This document shows, one piece after another, positions 13,213-26,492 of a DNA stretch of 64,000 bases. Made by a program: the position numbers and the translations under genes. How positions within the stretch are numbered: position 1 is the stretch's first letter; each line of letters starts with the position of its first letter. Below the pieces are notes generated by a model. It did no database searches. It saw only the letters and a program-made list of their open reading frames with translations, and was not told where the DNA came from. The stretch comes from Paraspadella gotoi (Eukaryota > Animalia > Chaetognatha), in assembly GCA_051294375.1 (NCBI GenBank), contig CM119264.1, positions 19,289,590-19,353,589 of the forward strand. Reading direction: 5' to 3'.

Positions 13213-14320
13213 ATGGCACCTCATTCCACCAAGACTCCTGGTTCAAACGACTCGCCCTCTCGAGGTCGCGTTGAGGTCACGGTCGCTGAAGACGAAAGCG
13301 GAAACGTCACTAGTCCGAGCGCCGTAAAATCCGACGCTACGCGGACGAGCGCTCGTCTCGGCGACGCGGAGAAAAACGACCAAGGTCTTAGCAACGCGGC
13401 GAAAAACTTCGAAGGTCTGGGCAACGCGGCGAAAAAAAGCGAACGTCAAGGAAGCANNNNNNNNNNNNNNNNNNNNNNNNNNNNNNNNNNNNNNNNNNNN
13501 NNNNNNNNNNNNNNNNNNNNNNNNNNNNNNNNNNNNNNNNNNNNNNNNNNNNNNNNNNNNNNNNNNNNNNNNNNNNNNNNNNNNNNNNNNNNNNNNNNNN
13601 NNNNNNNNNNNNNNNNNNNNNNNNNNNNNNNNNNNNNNNNNNNNNNNNNNNNNNNNNNNNNNNNNNNNNNNNNNNNNNNNNNNNNNNNNNNNNNNNNNNN
13701 NNNNNNNNNNNNNNNNNNNNNNNNNNNNNNNNNNNNNNNNNNNNNNNNNNNNNNNNNNNNNNNNNNNNNNNNNNNNNNNNNNNNNNNNNNNNNNNNNNNN
13801 NNNNNNNNNNNNNNNNNNNNNNNNNNNNNNNNNNNNNNNNNNNNNNNNNNNNNNNNNNNNNNNNNNNNNNNNNNNNNNNNNNNNNNNNNNNNNNNNNNNN
13901 NNNNNNNNNNNNNNNNNNNNNNNNNNNNNNNNNNNNNNNNNNNNNNNNNNNNNNNNNNNNNNNNNNNNNNNNNNNNNNNNNNNNNNNNNNNNNNNNNNNN
14001 NNNNNNNNNNNNNNNNNNNNNNNNNNNNNNNNNNNNNNNNNNNNNNNNNNNNNNNNNNNNNNNNNNNNNNNNNNNNNNNNNNNNNNNNNNNNNNNNNNNN
14101 NNNNNNNNNNNNNNNNNNNNNNNNNNNNNNNNNNNNNNNNNNNNNNNNNNNNNNNNNNNNNNNNNNNNNNNNNNNNNNNNNNNNNNNNNNNNNNNNNNNN
14201 NNNNNNNNNNNNNNNNNNNNNNNNNNNNNNNNNNNNNNNNNNNNNNNNNNNNNNNNNNNNNNNCCTACCGCAGTTAGAAACCCCGCGTCGCCGGTATCAC
14301 AGGAAATCCCTCTGTCATAA
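13213..14320 (+). CDS. Orphan ORF with 10-aa repeats, interrupted by an assembly gap
   Basis: gtcATGg start; MAPHSTKTPGSNDSPSRGRVEV...LGDAEKNDQG LSNAAKNFEG LGNAAKKSER runs into Ns at 13457. After the gap, PTAVRNPASPVSQEIPLS* is a candidate end. The frame across the gap cannot be known. Confidence 0.45.
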
Positions 14321-15091
14321 CCTATTTTTCTGCATAATTGTACAATGCACATGCCTCTATTTTGGTTGAGATTTCTCGAGTCCAAAAAAAAGACAAACCG
14401 ACCAGAACGTTTTTACTTCACTTCTTATTTAGTTATGCTCATTTTTCGCATTCCATTTTTATTCAGATTTTTCCTTTTTTATCCTTTATGCATTCCTTTG
14501 GTTTTTATCGATTTTTTCACTCTTTGCCCTTTTTCCTTTTTCGTCCTTCTTTTCGATTTCCTTTGTTATTCTCGATATTGTGCCCCTTTTCAAAGCCCCG
14601 GGTGCCATGAAATCTATGGGTTATGAATGACGTTGGCGGGGAGCGNNNNNNNNNNNNNNNNNNNNNNNNNNNNNNNNNNNNNNNNNNNNNNNNNNNNNNN
14701 NNNNNNNNNNNNNNNNNNNNNNNNNNNNNNNNNNNNNNNNNNNNNNNNNNNNNNNNNNNNNNNNNNNNNNNNNNNNNNNNNNNNNNNNNNNNNNNNNNNN
14801 NNNNNNNNNNNNNNNNNNNNNNNNNNNNNNNNNNNNNNNTCTCTTTCGCCGCGCGTGTGGTCGCGTCCAATGAATCGGGCGTGCTGCGCTTTCAATTCTT
14901 CCTCTCCCCACAATTTCTTTATTTTGAAATATATACCAATTTGAAACATTCACACTGCTCCAATAAATATAAGCATTAAATTCCGTGAAAATGTGAGACA
15001 GAATTTCATATTCAAATTTGGTTATAAAGTATTTGTTATAAAGTATCTGTTTAAAATATTAGTTTAATTTATATTTCCCATTTTCACACAG

Positions 15092-15766
15092 TTGCTGGAA
15101 TTTCTTCATCGTGATTTTTGCCTCCGCAAATCCAACCGAATCTTTACGCGTTCCGCCGCCGCAAAATCTGCTTCCAACTCGGTCATAGAATGCGGGCCTT
15201 CCAGCCCCTCGCGACCCTCCCCCACAAGCCACTTCAGCCCGTCGGCGACTCGAACACTGCGTTCCCGCCCCTCCACTCCTTCGCACATCGGAACCACTCC
15301 GTCCCGCGCGCGATGCGCTCCGACTGTATCCTCTGTTCCAACTTCCTCCAAGAATCAATCATCAAATCTTCCGTCGACACCCTCTCGACCCCAAACCTCC
15401 CTTTCCCGCGTAGTTCTCACTCCAGCCGCCGCTCGCAGCTTGCGACGCCCCCCTTCCACACCCACTGGCCGAACGCCGACGACAACCTGTCGCACTCCGT
15501 CAACTCGCCAGCAATCCTCAGAAGCATCTACGCCCACCCGCGCCCAAACTCCCCTCGCCAACATCTCGAACACTCCCTCGGCGCGGATCCGCCTTTTGGC
15601 GGCGACGGAGTTCGACGTGACGGCGTCGTCGAAGCGTCGCTGGCCGAAAGACGCTGACGAAGTTATCGCTGCTCGCGGAGGGAAGAGGGACAAGTCGACG
15701 CCAACGAAAGCGAAGAGTGCCACGCCAGCGACTCTGTGTAGGACGACGAGGCAATTGTTGTTTTAA
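15092..15766 (+). CDS. Probable terminal exon of an orphan S/T-P-rich basic disordered protein
   Basis: Acceptor ttttcacacAG at 15091 is exactly in phase with a 224-codon GC-rich ORF. Many TP/SP sites, TPLANISN, and C-terminal RQLLF*. Confidence 0.55.
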   Translation: MLEFLHRDFCLRKSNRIFTRSAAAKSASNSVIECGPSSPSRPSPTSHFSPSATRTLRSRPSTPSHIGTTPSRARCAPTVSSVPTSSKNQSSNLPSTPSRPQTSLSRVVLTPAAARSLRRPPSTPTGRTPTTTCRTPSTRQQSSEASTPTRAQTPLANISNTPSARIRLLAATEFDVTASSKRRWPKDADEVIAARGGKRDKSTPTKAKSATPATLCRTTRQLLF

Positions 15767-16394
15767 CTTTTGAGATGTAAAGTTAACTTGGTAACCACAA
15801 TATGACTGATGTAATTATTTTAAAAAGTCTGGAATGATCTTAAAACCTTTAACCTTTCTCCCTCACCGCCTCCCCCCCCCCACTGACTCAATCGTCCGTC
15901 CCGACTTTAAAAACTGCGTTCTCTCTCCCCCCCCCCATCTCTCCCCCCGTTTCTCTTCCCCCACCACCTCTTCCCACGTTTCCCCCCCATCTTCCTTTTT
16001 TCCTCGGAAAACCGAATTCATCTTTCTTAGTTTTTGTCGGTCACAAACAAAAGAGGGGTCAAAACCCCGGTCCCTCCTGTTCCGAGGATCATGACCCTGG
16101 TCCATCCAGGGGTCGGAAGGCCTCCGTCCTCTGAAGATTTCATCCCCCGTTTCCATCACTTTGGATCGAATACTGCGTACGGTTCATTTTATTTATTTTC
16201 CTAATGACGATTTAAAATTGTTAATCTTATTGGGTTCCGGGTACATTCTAGTGTTCGCTATAAGGCTGGTTTCTTCTTATCTCTTTTTTTTTCCCTTCCT
16301 CCTTTCTCCTTCCTTCCTCCTCTTCCTCCTCTCTCCTCCTCCTCCCCTCCCCTCCTACCACTCGCCTCTCGACGTCACACTCCTGTCTGCATCC

Positions 16395-16730
16395 TGTCAA
16401 CTCTGCCTAGCTCATCCTCAAGCAAGCATCTACGCCCACTCCCGCGCTTCAACTCCCTACGCAAACCATCTCGCAAACACACTTCCCTCCTCCGGCTGTC
16501 TCCTGGTCGCCGCTTTGCTCTCGGTCGACTGGAGATATCCGATATCACTCGTGACCGGCGCTCCGGTCCGAAGTCGCTCGCGCTCGCGCGATCTCAGAAC
16601 ATGATCGCTGACTGTAAGTATGGCGCCTCCTGCGGTGGAGAGAGGGACAAGTCGACAAAGTCCCATACGCAAAGCGACAGAGACGAACCATGCCTCCGCA
16701 CTCTCTGTGAGCGACGACAAGTGAAATTTG
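16395..16730 (+). pseudogene. Frameshifted paralogue of the 3' half of 15092-15766
   Basis: Shared DNA blocks aagcatctacgcccac and agagggacaagtcgac. GGERDKST/TLCERRQ versus GGKRDKST/TLCRTTRQ. Homology switches frame. Confidence 0.6.
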
Positions 16731-17576
16731 CTTCTGTTTATCTAGGTTGCGATCGTAGAACGTATAAACTTGGTATCCGAACAATACACATGAACGAAAT
16801 TGTGAAGTCTATTGTAAAAACGTCGTCGCATGAACCTCTTAATACCGACTATGCAAAGAAAAATTAACTCTATAAAATACCCCAGGTATACGCCGCTTGA
16901 CATTTTTTGAAACGAAATGCTAGGAAAGAGTAAGTTCGNNNNNNNNNNNNNNNNNNNNNNNNNAGTTTTCATTTTTGTAATTTTTTTCTGAAATATTTTC
17001 AAGACTACTAAGTACTAAAACGTTTTGGCTGATGTTAGGATTAGTTATATGGACAAAAAGGTTTTATATAAAATATAAATATAATTATAAAATATTTAAA
17101 AAAATCTTAAAATATAAAATAAAAATATTTAGAAAAAACTAAAAAATATTTGTTTATTTGTTTAACATCAGATAGTTACGTTAGACCTAAGCTTTTCCTT
17201 GGCGCCAAGATTATGTGTTTAATTGAAATGTTTTTCTCCAGAAATTAAAATATTTATTTACACGGATTTCAAATAAGTGTGAAATGAAAAGATCAAATAC
17301 TATGGTTTAATAATTAGTGATAGCGACTTCAGATTTTGTACGCTAGTAAAAAAATTGCTGACTTTTTTTCCTTTTTTAAGTCCCAATAGTCTAGCTTATT
17401 TACAATCTTAGTAATGTCCTTATCAATGCCATGTTCGAATTTCAAAAAATGGAAATTTTTGTATTTGAAGATGACCTGACTATAATAAGATAATATTAAG
17501 TTTATTTCTTTTAATAGATACGAAGATTTCGTGGAACAAAAATGAAATGTGAAAAAATTTCAAACCAATCTGTCAA

Positions 17577-17619
17577 AACGCTGATGAAGGCTTGTAAAAC
17601 AAGTCGAAAAATGTCTGTT
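17577..17619 (+). ncRNA. Penelope-type minimal (type I) hammerhead ribozyme, probably a relic
   Basis: aacg-CTGATGA-a-ggcttgt(aaa)acaagtc-GAAA-aat-GTC-tgtt: core boxes, 7-bp stem II, stem I aacg/tgtt, GTC cleavage triplet, AATAAA at 17628. Confidence 0.65.
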
Positions 17620-18924
17620 CAACTATAAATAAAATTCGTTGAAAACAAAAACTTTGTCAATTCTCTAATCACTACTAACAACGAAAAAGAAAGGATTACT
17701 TCAATAAACCATGAACTATAATTTTTGTTTCCAAGTTTCCGAGACAAAAAACTAGGAAATGAATGTAAAAGAAATTATTTTTTCACAATGGGTTTAAAAT
17801 TAAAATATCAAATAAGAAGAGAAAAAAATTGTAAATAAAGCTGTAAATTTTATTAATACGTATAATATTCATTCTTTATTTGAACCTCTTTTTTTAATAC
17901 ATTGTAACCTAAAGTAAAATTAGAAAAACAATCATNNNNNNNNNNNNNNNNNNNNNNNNNNNNNNNNNNNNNNNNNNNNNNNNNNNNNNNNNNNNNNNNN
18001 NNNNNNNNNNNNNNNNNNNNNNNNNNNNNNNNNNNNNNNNNNNNNNNNNNNNNNNNNNNNNNNNNNNNNNNNNNNNNNNNNNNNNNNNNNNNNNNNNNNN
18101 NNNNNNNNNNNNNNNNNNNNNNNNNNNNNNNNNNNNNNNNNNNNNNNNNNNNNNNNNNNNNNNNNNNNNNNNNNNNNNNNNNNNNNNNNNNNNNNNNNNN
18201 NNNNNNNNNNNNNNNNNNNNNNNNNNNNNNNNNNNNNNNNNNNNNNNNNNNNNNNNNNNNNNNNNNNNNNNNNNNNNNNNNNNNNNNNNNNNNNNNNNNN
18301 NNNNNNNNNNNNNNNNNNNNNNNNNNNNNNNNNNNNNNNNNNNNNNNNNNNNNNNNNNNNNNNNNNNNNNNNNNNNNNNNNNNNNNNNNNNNNNNNNNNN
18401 NNNNNNNNNNNNNNNNNNNNNNNNNNNNNNNNNNNNNNNNNNNNNNNNNNNNNNNNNNNNNNNNNNNNNNNNNNNNNNNNNNNNNNNNNNNNNNNNNNNN
18501 NNNNNNNNNNNNNNNNNNNNNNNNNNNNNNNNNNNNNNNNNNNNNNNNNNNNNNNNNNNNNNNNNNNNNNNNNNNNNNNNNNNNNNNNNNNNNNNNNNNN
18601 NNNNNNNNNNNNNNNNNNNNNNNNNNNNNNNNNNNNNNNNNNNNNNNNNNNNNNNNNNNNNNNNNNNNNNNNNNNNNNNNNNNNNNNNNNNNNNNNNNNN
18701 NNNNNNNNNNNNNNNNNNNNNNNNNNNNNNNNNNNNNNNNNNNNNNNNNNNNNNNNNNNNNNNNNNNNNNNNNNNNNNNNNNNNNNNNNNNNNNNNNNNN
18801 NNNNNNNNNNNNNNNNNNNNNNNNNNNNNNNNNNNNNNNNNNNNNNNNNNNNNNNNNNNNNNNNNNNNNNNNNNNNNNNNNNNNNNNNNNNNNNNNNNNN
18901 NNNNNNNNNNNNNNNNNNNNNNNN

Positions 18925-19262
18925 AAAACGTTTTAACATATATAAGTTTATACTGCAGAGAATAGAAAAGTCATGAATTTTCACCTTTTTTCCCGTTTTA
19001 AATGGTGAAGATTACAGAATTTTTGATAACATGTTTTATATTTTTGATTCAACTTTTTATGAAGAATCTGAATCTTTATTAAAAAATATTTTGAAAATTT
19101 ATTATTTTATAAGAATATTACTACAATGTATTGTATTTTACTATTCTGTTCCCGAGACAATATGATATATTTTTTCTTCTAGTTAATCATACTATCTCAC
19201 ATCTAATATCCTTGTTCGATCATTCAAATAATTTTTTTGTTCTTGAGTGCTCTACTCTATTG
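18925..19262. mobile_element. MITE family A, right half (left part lost in the gap)
   Basis: gaagaatctgaatctttatt...ttttataagaatattacta...gtgctctactctattg, as in the other copies. Confidence 0.65.
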
Positions 19263-20051
19263 ACTATGTGAATTGTATGTGTGCGCTTGTATTTCCCACA
19301 AATACTCTCTATTTAAATACTAAGTAACCTGTGCATGCAATGTTATTACAACTAGCAAAAACTATTTTTTACATAATTGTCGCTGCTTCCTAATTTTCTG
19401 AATATATTTTATCTACGTAAAGGTAAAGGTCGAGATTTTATTGTTCACATTTTCAAGTCATTTAATGTTTACGTATAGGCAATCAACAAATAAGGGAATT
19501 TAATTTTGTTACGATGCATTAATTCTAGGATTACTATCGTTACAAATGTACATCACGCAACATAGAAGAAACATGAAATCAATAAAACGAATCTTGAACG
19601 AGATTTCAAACTCTATTTTTCATTTCCATTGACAAAATTAACGGCTTTTCATTCATCAGAGTGAATTACATAAAATGGCACAGTATAAAGAAGAGAGAGA
19701 AAGGGAAAGAGACAAGAGAGAGTAAGAGAGAATTTTTTTTTAAGATTGAGCTTTAAAAATAAAAATAACTACATCAGAAGGTAAAANNNNNNNNNNNNNN
19801 NNNNNNNNNNNNNNNNNNNNNNNNNNNNNNNNNNNNNNNNNNNNNNNNNNNNNNNNNNNNNNNNNNNNNNNNNNNNNNNNNNNNNNNNNNNNNNNNNNNN
19901 NNNNNNNNNNNNNNNNNNNNNNNNNNNNNNNNNNNNNNNNNNNNNNNNNNNNNNNNNNNNNNNNNNNNNNNNNNNNNNNNNNNNNNNNNNNNNNNNNNNN
20001 NNNNNNNNNNNNNNNNNNNGACAGCAATAAACAAAACTTTGCCAGTTTTCA

Positions 20052-20130
20052 TTCAAAATTCCGCCATCTTGTTTTCAGCGGGAAATTTCTTATGACGCGT
20101 CGTTCGCGATCGACGAATCTATCGATCCCA
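20052..20130 (-). promoter_or_regulatory. Candidate promoter of a minus-strand gene running into the gap
   Basis: E2F-type GCGGGAAA (20078-85), YY1-type AAGATGGCGG (minus, 20061-70), CpG-rich. ATG at 20052 opens MKTGKVLFIAV into Ns. Confidence 0.35.
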
Positions 20131-20246
20131 GTTTGCGCGTCTTCTTCTTCTTTTCACCGTCGATTTTCTAGCGTAATAAGTTAAAACGCCCACCGCCTCC
20201 TCCTCTTCTTCTTCTTCCTCCTCATCCTACGACTCCTTCACACCCT

Positions 20247-20486
<240 letters not shown>

Positions 20487-20730
20487 TTAGATTCATAAAC
20501 TTTGGCACGGGACAAAGTTAAAAATCAACAGAACAAACAGACAAACAGGCAGAAGTAAAGGCAGACAGACAGACACGGACGAATGGTTCGGACGATTGCG
20601 TAATTGAAAAAAAGGAAAAGACGAAAGAGGAAGAGATGGAGTGAGGGGAGACGACGACGTGATTAGTGGGAGAAAAGGGGAGCAAGAAGAGAAGTGATTA
20701 TTGGGAAGGAATTGAGAGAGAGAGAGAGAG

Positions 20731-20803
<73 letters not shown>

Positions 20804-22012
20804 GATGGATAGACTCGTGAAAAAAAAATTGCGCGGTGATGGTGGCATTAGAATGAGATCAATCTTCCCCGCAAAAAAGGAACTGATAAAAGCGGAGAAA
20901 AAACTCTTGTCTCGGTCGGCGAATCCTTTATACGAAATAGAAAAAAAATTATATTTCTTTATTAAGAAAGAGAACGAGAGGGAGAAGAGAGAGATTGAGA
21001 GAGAGAAGAGATGGAGAGAGTAGAAGATGAGGCGAGATGAGGACGCGTAGAAGTAGAGAGCGAGGAAGATAGAGGAGGACGACGGAGAGGGCACGAGGTG
21101 GGAGAGAGGACGGAGACAGAGGAGAGATGGGAGAGGAGAAGAGAAGGGACAGGATGGAGAGAGAGAGAGACAGAGATATTGAAAGACGTTTATATGAATA
21201 AGTAATGAAAAACTTTTTTTCTTTTATGAAGTGGGAGATAAAAAACGTTCACTCGCGACGATATTTGGGTCTAACACAAGAATTAATGTTTCAGTTGAAT
21301 CGTGGAAATGACGGGAAAAATTGCGTGCGGGTACGGCTTAATGAATTTAAACGACATGGCATCGCGGCCCGCGATTCATCCAGAGGCGTTCATGGAATAT
21401 TAGAGAATGTGATCGAGTCGCTCTTGCTTTTTTTTAAGACACACTCGTGTTTATATTTTTTACTGATTCGGCGACAAGCCGATCACGGATTCCTCCTATC
21501 TCTTTCAACGGAAATCTCTAAATCTGACAAAGTCCCTCCCACTCACTCGGTTTTGATAGTTTTTCTATTCGGCCAAATGTGAACCTATCTTCTCACATCT
21601 CGTTTAAAAAAGAGAAGAGCCCATTTTCATGCCGTTTCCGCTTTTTTTCGATGCCCTTTCGCGAAATTGTGCCAGTGTGCCACGGTCGGCTCTCCTTCCG
21701 AACTCTTTTTCACTTTTTCACTTCCCTTCTCCCACATTTTCGAAGACAAAAGATCCTCCGCTCTCCCGAGCGAAATTTACGTTTCCATCGAATAGAAATC
21801 AAGACCCCATGCGTGCGCGTTGAGCTCATTAGATCAAATTCGATATTTCGATATTTTTAAAAAGAAAAAAATAAATTATTCATAATTCCCACGCGAAAAA
21901 TTATCATAAATGATTTCACTTTTTCACCATAAATAATATTAAAAATATATATCTTATTGGTTATTTGGTTTTTGTCGCGATACCATATCTTTTTTAGTAC
22001 GTGATTACGTAC

Positions 22013-22072
22013 CATAGATAAGCTATTTACATCCATATGAGTAGCTGCAGCATTTTCGGCGGCGGCGAACAC
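22013..22072 (-). CDS. ARHGAP39: ARHGAP39-like RhoGAP exon
   Basis: ttAG|VFAAAENAAATHMDVNSLSM|GTacgt, phase 0/0. Confidence 0.9.
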
Positions 22073-22842
22073 CTAACGAGGGTAAAAGAAAAAGTCTGAA
22101 ACAATAATAGATGCACAATAATTGCACATCTATCCTAACATTTCATATCTCATAATTCATAAATTAAATCATAAATACACTAATAAACATCAGACCTCCC
22201 GCCCGCCTTGCAATCGCTCTCTTCCTCTGTAGTTTTCTCTCCGCGTCTCTTTTCAGCCTATCACCTTTCCATTGCCTCCCGCTCACTTGTCACTCGCTTG
22301 ACACTCACGCTCAGGTCATTCCCTTTCTAATCGTCGTCTTCAATAGATCGTTGTTGAAGTCGTATAATCTCACCGTTCAGTTCGCTTCTCTTTGTTCTCA
22401 TAACACAACCTCTCGGTCACAGTTATCACTAGATTTTTTTTCACTTTTCATTTTATTTTTTTTCGAATCGGGATTCGATACTGGATTTTCTCCCTTCTGG
22501 TGAGCATTTTATGAATATCGAAATTTTGTCTTAATCTAAAACCGAAATGAAAATGGAATTTATACTTTTAGATTATCGCGTGTGATTCAACATTAATTAT
22601 CAATATTTTATCCTTGCCTACGTTTTCTTCAAGAAATTTTTTTATAGGTTTTTTTACGGAGCTTGATAAAAAAAGTAGATTTTTATAGAATGAGCTCCGT
22701 CCTTTCTCTGTCTCCCGTTTTTGTACTCGTTTGCCTTCATTACGTCATTAAAACTATTTTCTTCAATAGTTTGCGAATGAAAGTTTTTTAGCGGCTGGTA
22801 TCATATTGTCTTGCAACTCTGATCATCGATGGTCTACTCCAC

Positions 22843-22998
22843 CTGCAAAAATCTGATGAGGTAACTGAAGACGAGTTTGTTGATCTCCGGGAGTTTAAAG
22901 ACGACCTTGAGCGCCTCGGTGGGGTCGGAGTGGCTGGTCATGGCGTCCGCGTAAGATGACGCCGGGATTAAAGGTTCGTACAGTTCGCGATACCACAA
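22843..22998 (-). CDS. ARHGAP39: ARHGAP39-like RhoGAP exon
   Basis: acAG|LWYRELYEPLIPASSYADAMTSHSDPTEALKVVFKLPEINKLVFSYLIRFLQ|GTggag. Confidence 0.93.
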
Positions 22999-24306
22999 CT
23001 GTTGGGGAAAAAAAAGACGCATTCGTTAACATTTTTTTTACCTGTTTACTACGATGTTTATGATACTAATTTCTATTCGTTTTTAATTAAAAAACACCCA
23101 AAGAATAAATTAATACCAAATATAAATGTTGATTTCTCTCTTAACCCTTTTCGAATATCCTACATTTCGCTGAACGTCCAATCCGGTGAAGATTTTCACA
23201 CGACTCCAATTTCTCTTACGCCAATTTGGAAACATGCCGCGCTCGCTGATCTTCACCCCTCCTAACTCTTTCCACTTTCAGACTAACCAACACCCACGCC
23301 CTTTAGATCGAGTCCAATCTGTCTAACTCACCTTGGAAAAGATTGACCGATAAATCTCTCTACTAAATCTCCCACCCAAATGTCCGTCTCTCCGGACTCA
23401 GGGTCCATTTCATTTTCATTCACTTTCTTGTCAGTGTATTGTTAACGCTACACCAATGACCATGAAAATGTACTGAGAACGACGTCAAAGACAACGTAGT
23501 CCAGCGACACCCAACTCCTCTGAGTGGATTACAAATGATGCGCGATTCTTTTTAGTCGCATGGCAACGCGACGAGAGGAGACTCTTTTCTGTCTGCTTGT
23601 CACTCGGTCAGTTCATGGATTTTATATTGAAATAGTGAGCTTAAGAAGACAATCGAGGAGGAAAGAAGAAAGAATGAGAGTACCACGCGACCCCTATTTA
23701 ACGCCGGATTCAGCGTCCTTGTTTTTTATTCGCCATCTCTCGTCCAGCCCCGTTTTCGCAGAATCTCCTCCTGGTCCCGTTTTGTCCGCATCTTTCCATT
23801 CCATCAGCCCAAACACATTGTCTACCTTAACTACTATCCGTACTCATTCTGACATTCCCTGCCTGCCGTCGCTCTTGCCCATGGCTATCTTACTGCGTCA
23901 CCCCCTTTCGCCATCTCTTCCTCCACCTTCTCCTCCCCTGCCTCTTCTTGTTCAACGACTGCCGACGGTGAGTAAGGACTTGCGTCATTAGCGTCGATCG
24001 CTTCCGTTCATCGACGCTTCCGTCCGCTTAATCGTCGTCGTCGTCCTCAGGGTCGTGGTTGTCTTGGCAAAGAATACATACGTATCTTTGCCGCAGTTTC
24101 GTCACTTAATATTCGTTTTAAAATGACCAATTAAATTATAATTGTCAATGGTAATAAAATTGCGTTTCATTTATCCAACGAAATGATCATAAACATGGAA
24201 AGATTAACGGACTGACGCAAAAAGTTTCCCAGATTTGCAACGTCTTGCGTACAGAGTAAAAGAGAAAAAAAAAACCCCAAAATTTCCGACAAGAACAGCG
24301 CCCGAC

Positions 24307-24412
24307 CTTGAGCAGAGAAGCGGGGACGTGGGGCTCCAGGTCCGCCTTCGGATTTTCCCATGAATCCAGGGAACTCTTCATGAGGCGAACTTCGTCGATG
24401 TCTCCGGGCACC
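24307..24412 (-). CDS. ARHGAP39: ARHGAP39-like RhoGAP exon
   Basis: gcAG|g VPGDIDEVRLMKSSLDSWENPKADLEPHVPASLLK|GTcggg; completes the arginine-finger codon. Confidence 0.93.
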
Positions 24413-24590
24413 CTGCAGCGAAAAAGGAGTGACCGGATGAAGGAGATAGCAATTAACGAATATAATTGCCAGCGATAAAAGCATTGGGATCGTTCAAGTT
24501 CCGATAAAAAATATAAAGAGAACGAAAAATTGAGAAAGAGAGAGACGACGAGAAAAAGAGAGAAAACAAAAATTCATTTACTACAAATTA

Positions 24591-24890
<300 letters not shown>

Positions 24891-25398
24891 TTATTCTTTA
24901 AAACAGCGTTCTTGCAGAATATTTTTTTTTTTCGTTGATTATATATTTTCCTTTTCCTATCATTATTGTGTATCTCAGGAATAACGGTCATACAGACAAT
25001 CAGCTAATTGCAAAGCGGAAGAAAATTATCTTTTCTTTTATTTTTTTTCCGCTCGAGAAGATTTTCAAGGTCTTATCGTCTTGCGGTAAAAAAAGTCAGA
25101 AAAAAAAGGTTTGTTTAATAGTCGCTGCCGTCTCGCCACCTCGGCTCGGCACCCACCCGATCCCACCTCTCACCCCTATCTAGAGCTTTGTACGTCGAAG
25201 AAAAAACCTGGGGTCTTTTCCGCTTAAGAATCGTATTAACTTTAAAAAATGGATTAGTTGTTGCAGAGTTGCAGGTATAGGACGCGGGCGGAAAAGTCGA
25301 CCTTGAATCGAATGTCTTCGAGCGAAAACAAATTTATTTTTACTCAACTATTGAGAAAAGGAAAAGAAAAACGAGAAGAAACACATGAGTTGGGCGTT

Positions 25399-25433
<35 letters not shown>

Positions 25434-25436
25434 AGA

Positions 25437-25471
<35 letters not shown>

Positions 25472-26037
25472 GAGAGAGGGGTTGCAATATAAGCAAGAAA
25501 CAAAGAATCGCTATTCAGAAAGGGAGTTCGAAATATCGGGAAAAAAGCTGAAAAAATCAATTTGTAGCATATATAACGAAAAGAGAAAAAGAGAGAAAAG
25601 GTTTTTTTTTCGGGTTGGGTGGGAAATTTATTCCATTTCCTGCAGTGGAATAATTTTTTTGAGAGAGAGCTTGGTCTAGAGGGAGGAGGATGACGAAAGG
25701 GGTTATAATGTGAAGATATCGGTATGATTCGGAAAGAGCTGGAGGATAAAGGGAATAAAAAAAATGGAGGAAAAGAAGGAAAGATGATGAGAGGCTTCGT
25801 GGATAGACGATTAAAATTCTATTGATGGGAGAAGACAGAAGAAAACCGTATGAAGTTTGGGTTTGTGGGTTGGTACTGTTAAGCCAGTGTCAGGGGAGGA
25901 GGGCACAGTGGGAGGGAGGGGCAAAGGCGCGAACCTCTTTTCATTTATTGCTTTTTCGCGAACATAAACGACGGAAACTGGGAAACTTAAAAATTGTGGT
26001 CGAGAATATCCGGCGGAAAGATTATTGTTCTCGAGGT

Positions 26038-26107
26038 GGATTTGGTAGGAAAGACTTGGATTTGGGAGGAAAGACTTGGATTTGGTATGAAAGACTTGGA
26101 TTTGGAT
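26038..26107. repeat. 20-bp minisatellite (about 3.5 copies)
   Basis: ggatttgg(t/g)a(g/t)gaaagactt repeated. Confidence 0.9.
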
Positions 26108-26392
26108 GGAGACGGGGGAAAAGGAAAAAAGGTGTATTAGGGAAGGAAGGAAGGGCAGTCAATAGAGAAAGTGAAAAAACAACGAGGATGGATTCAGGAT
26201 TTATTAGATAAAAATGGAGGGCGAGAAAGGTTTCACAGCAAGGATTGAGAAATGGCAAGAAAAAAAGCCAGACAAAGGATGAAATGAAATATAACCTTGT
26301 GTTGTAAAGATGCTCCCCCTATTTCCCTACTCCCATTAATAATATAATATTTTCAGATTTAGATAATCAAAAACCCAAATTATTAAGAAATG

Positions 26393-26412
26393 ATAATAAT
26401 AATAATAATAAT

Positions 26413-26489
<77 letters not shown>
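26393..26489. repeat. (AAT)n microsatellite
   Basis: Seen directly. Confidence 0.95.

Positions 26490-26492
<3 letters not shown>

Larger units (their letters stand above)
13457..20019. other. Region containing five assembly gaps (13457-14263, 14646-14839, 16939-16963, 17936-18924, 19787-20019)
   Basis: Runs of N; X-containing ORFs across them are artefacts. Confidence 0.99.

Noticed and set aside
12799-20056. Long X-containing ORFs
   Set aside because: Open only because of N gaps.
22853-22870. Other CTGATGA/CTGANGA words as hammerhead cores
   Set aside because: No stem II plus GAAA arrangement; this one lies within a RhoGAP exon.
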